This document shows positions 63,728 to 64,000 of a DNA stretch of 64,000 nucleotides, in pieces. This stretch comes from Malacoraja senta (lineage: Eukaryota), in assembly GCA_038087875.1 (NCBI GenBank), contig CM075993.1:4032001-4096000 (forward strand), read 5' to 3'. Position numbers and translations under genes: made by a program. Every line of letters starts with the position of its first letter. The first letter of the stretch is position 1. The notes beneath the pieces are model-generated. The model searched no databases and had not been told where the DNA came from. It was given only the letters and a program-made list of their open reading frames with translations.

Positions 63728-63803
63728 CTGTGCAAAACCATCGACCTCATTAACATGGACAGGGTGAAACAGCAGGAGGTAGCGACGGCACAGATGTAAC
63801 AGA
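63728..63803 (-). CDS. STRA6: STRA6 internal coding exon (76 bp, phase 1->2)
   Basis: ttcctgcag|TC TGT TAC... encodes CYICAVATSCCFTLSMLMRSMVLH(R); donor gtaacc. Resembles human [26 protein letters not shown]. Confidence 0.92.
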
Positions 63804-64000
63804 CTGCAGGAAGAAAAATGAACAGTGATCTTTCATCACTAATATTATACCGATAAAGCACAGAACAGGGGTGGCATGTTGGCGCAACGGTAAGGTACTG
63901 CCTCACAGCGCCAGAGACCCGGGTTCCATCCTGGCTATCGGTGCTGCCTCTACGGAGTCTGCATGTTTTCCCCCCGTGACCTGTGTGGGTTTTCCCTGAG

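Overview
Vertebrate genomic DNA, almost certainly from a cartilaginous fish (probably a skate or ray, inferred from HE1-type V-SINEs and the CR1/Penelope repertoire). It consists of three contigs joined by two 200-N gaps (15036-15235 and 43744-43943). Three protein-coding genes are partly present. (1) CCDC33: seven phase-consistent exons on the + strand in the middle contig (19219-37949), plus two probable downstream exons on the - strand in the left contig (4823-3525); this points to a mis-oriented middle contig or a real inversion. (2) ISLR2/Linx on + (43944-45389): N-terminus lost in the gap, with a 1-bp frameshift in a C-run at about 44196-44200. (3) The last seven coding exons of STRA6 on - (63803-53821), convergent with ISLR2. 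No ISLR lies between ISLR2 and STRA6, and the human YTLL motif reads FTLL. The rest is mostly transposon debris: CR1, Rex1/Babar, L1, Tx1, Vingi-like and RTE-derived LINE pieces; V-SINEs; hAT and PIF/Harbinger MITEs with target-site duplications (TSDs); and many Penelope-like termini with minimal hammerhead-ribozyme-like cores, often as palindromes. Microsatellites and several enhancer-like unique blocks make up the remainder. Gene and repeat identities come from recognising motifs from memory, not from database searches. I found no prokaryotic-type system such as CRISPR. Most short ORFs in the supplied track are repeat artefacts.
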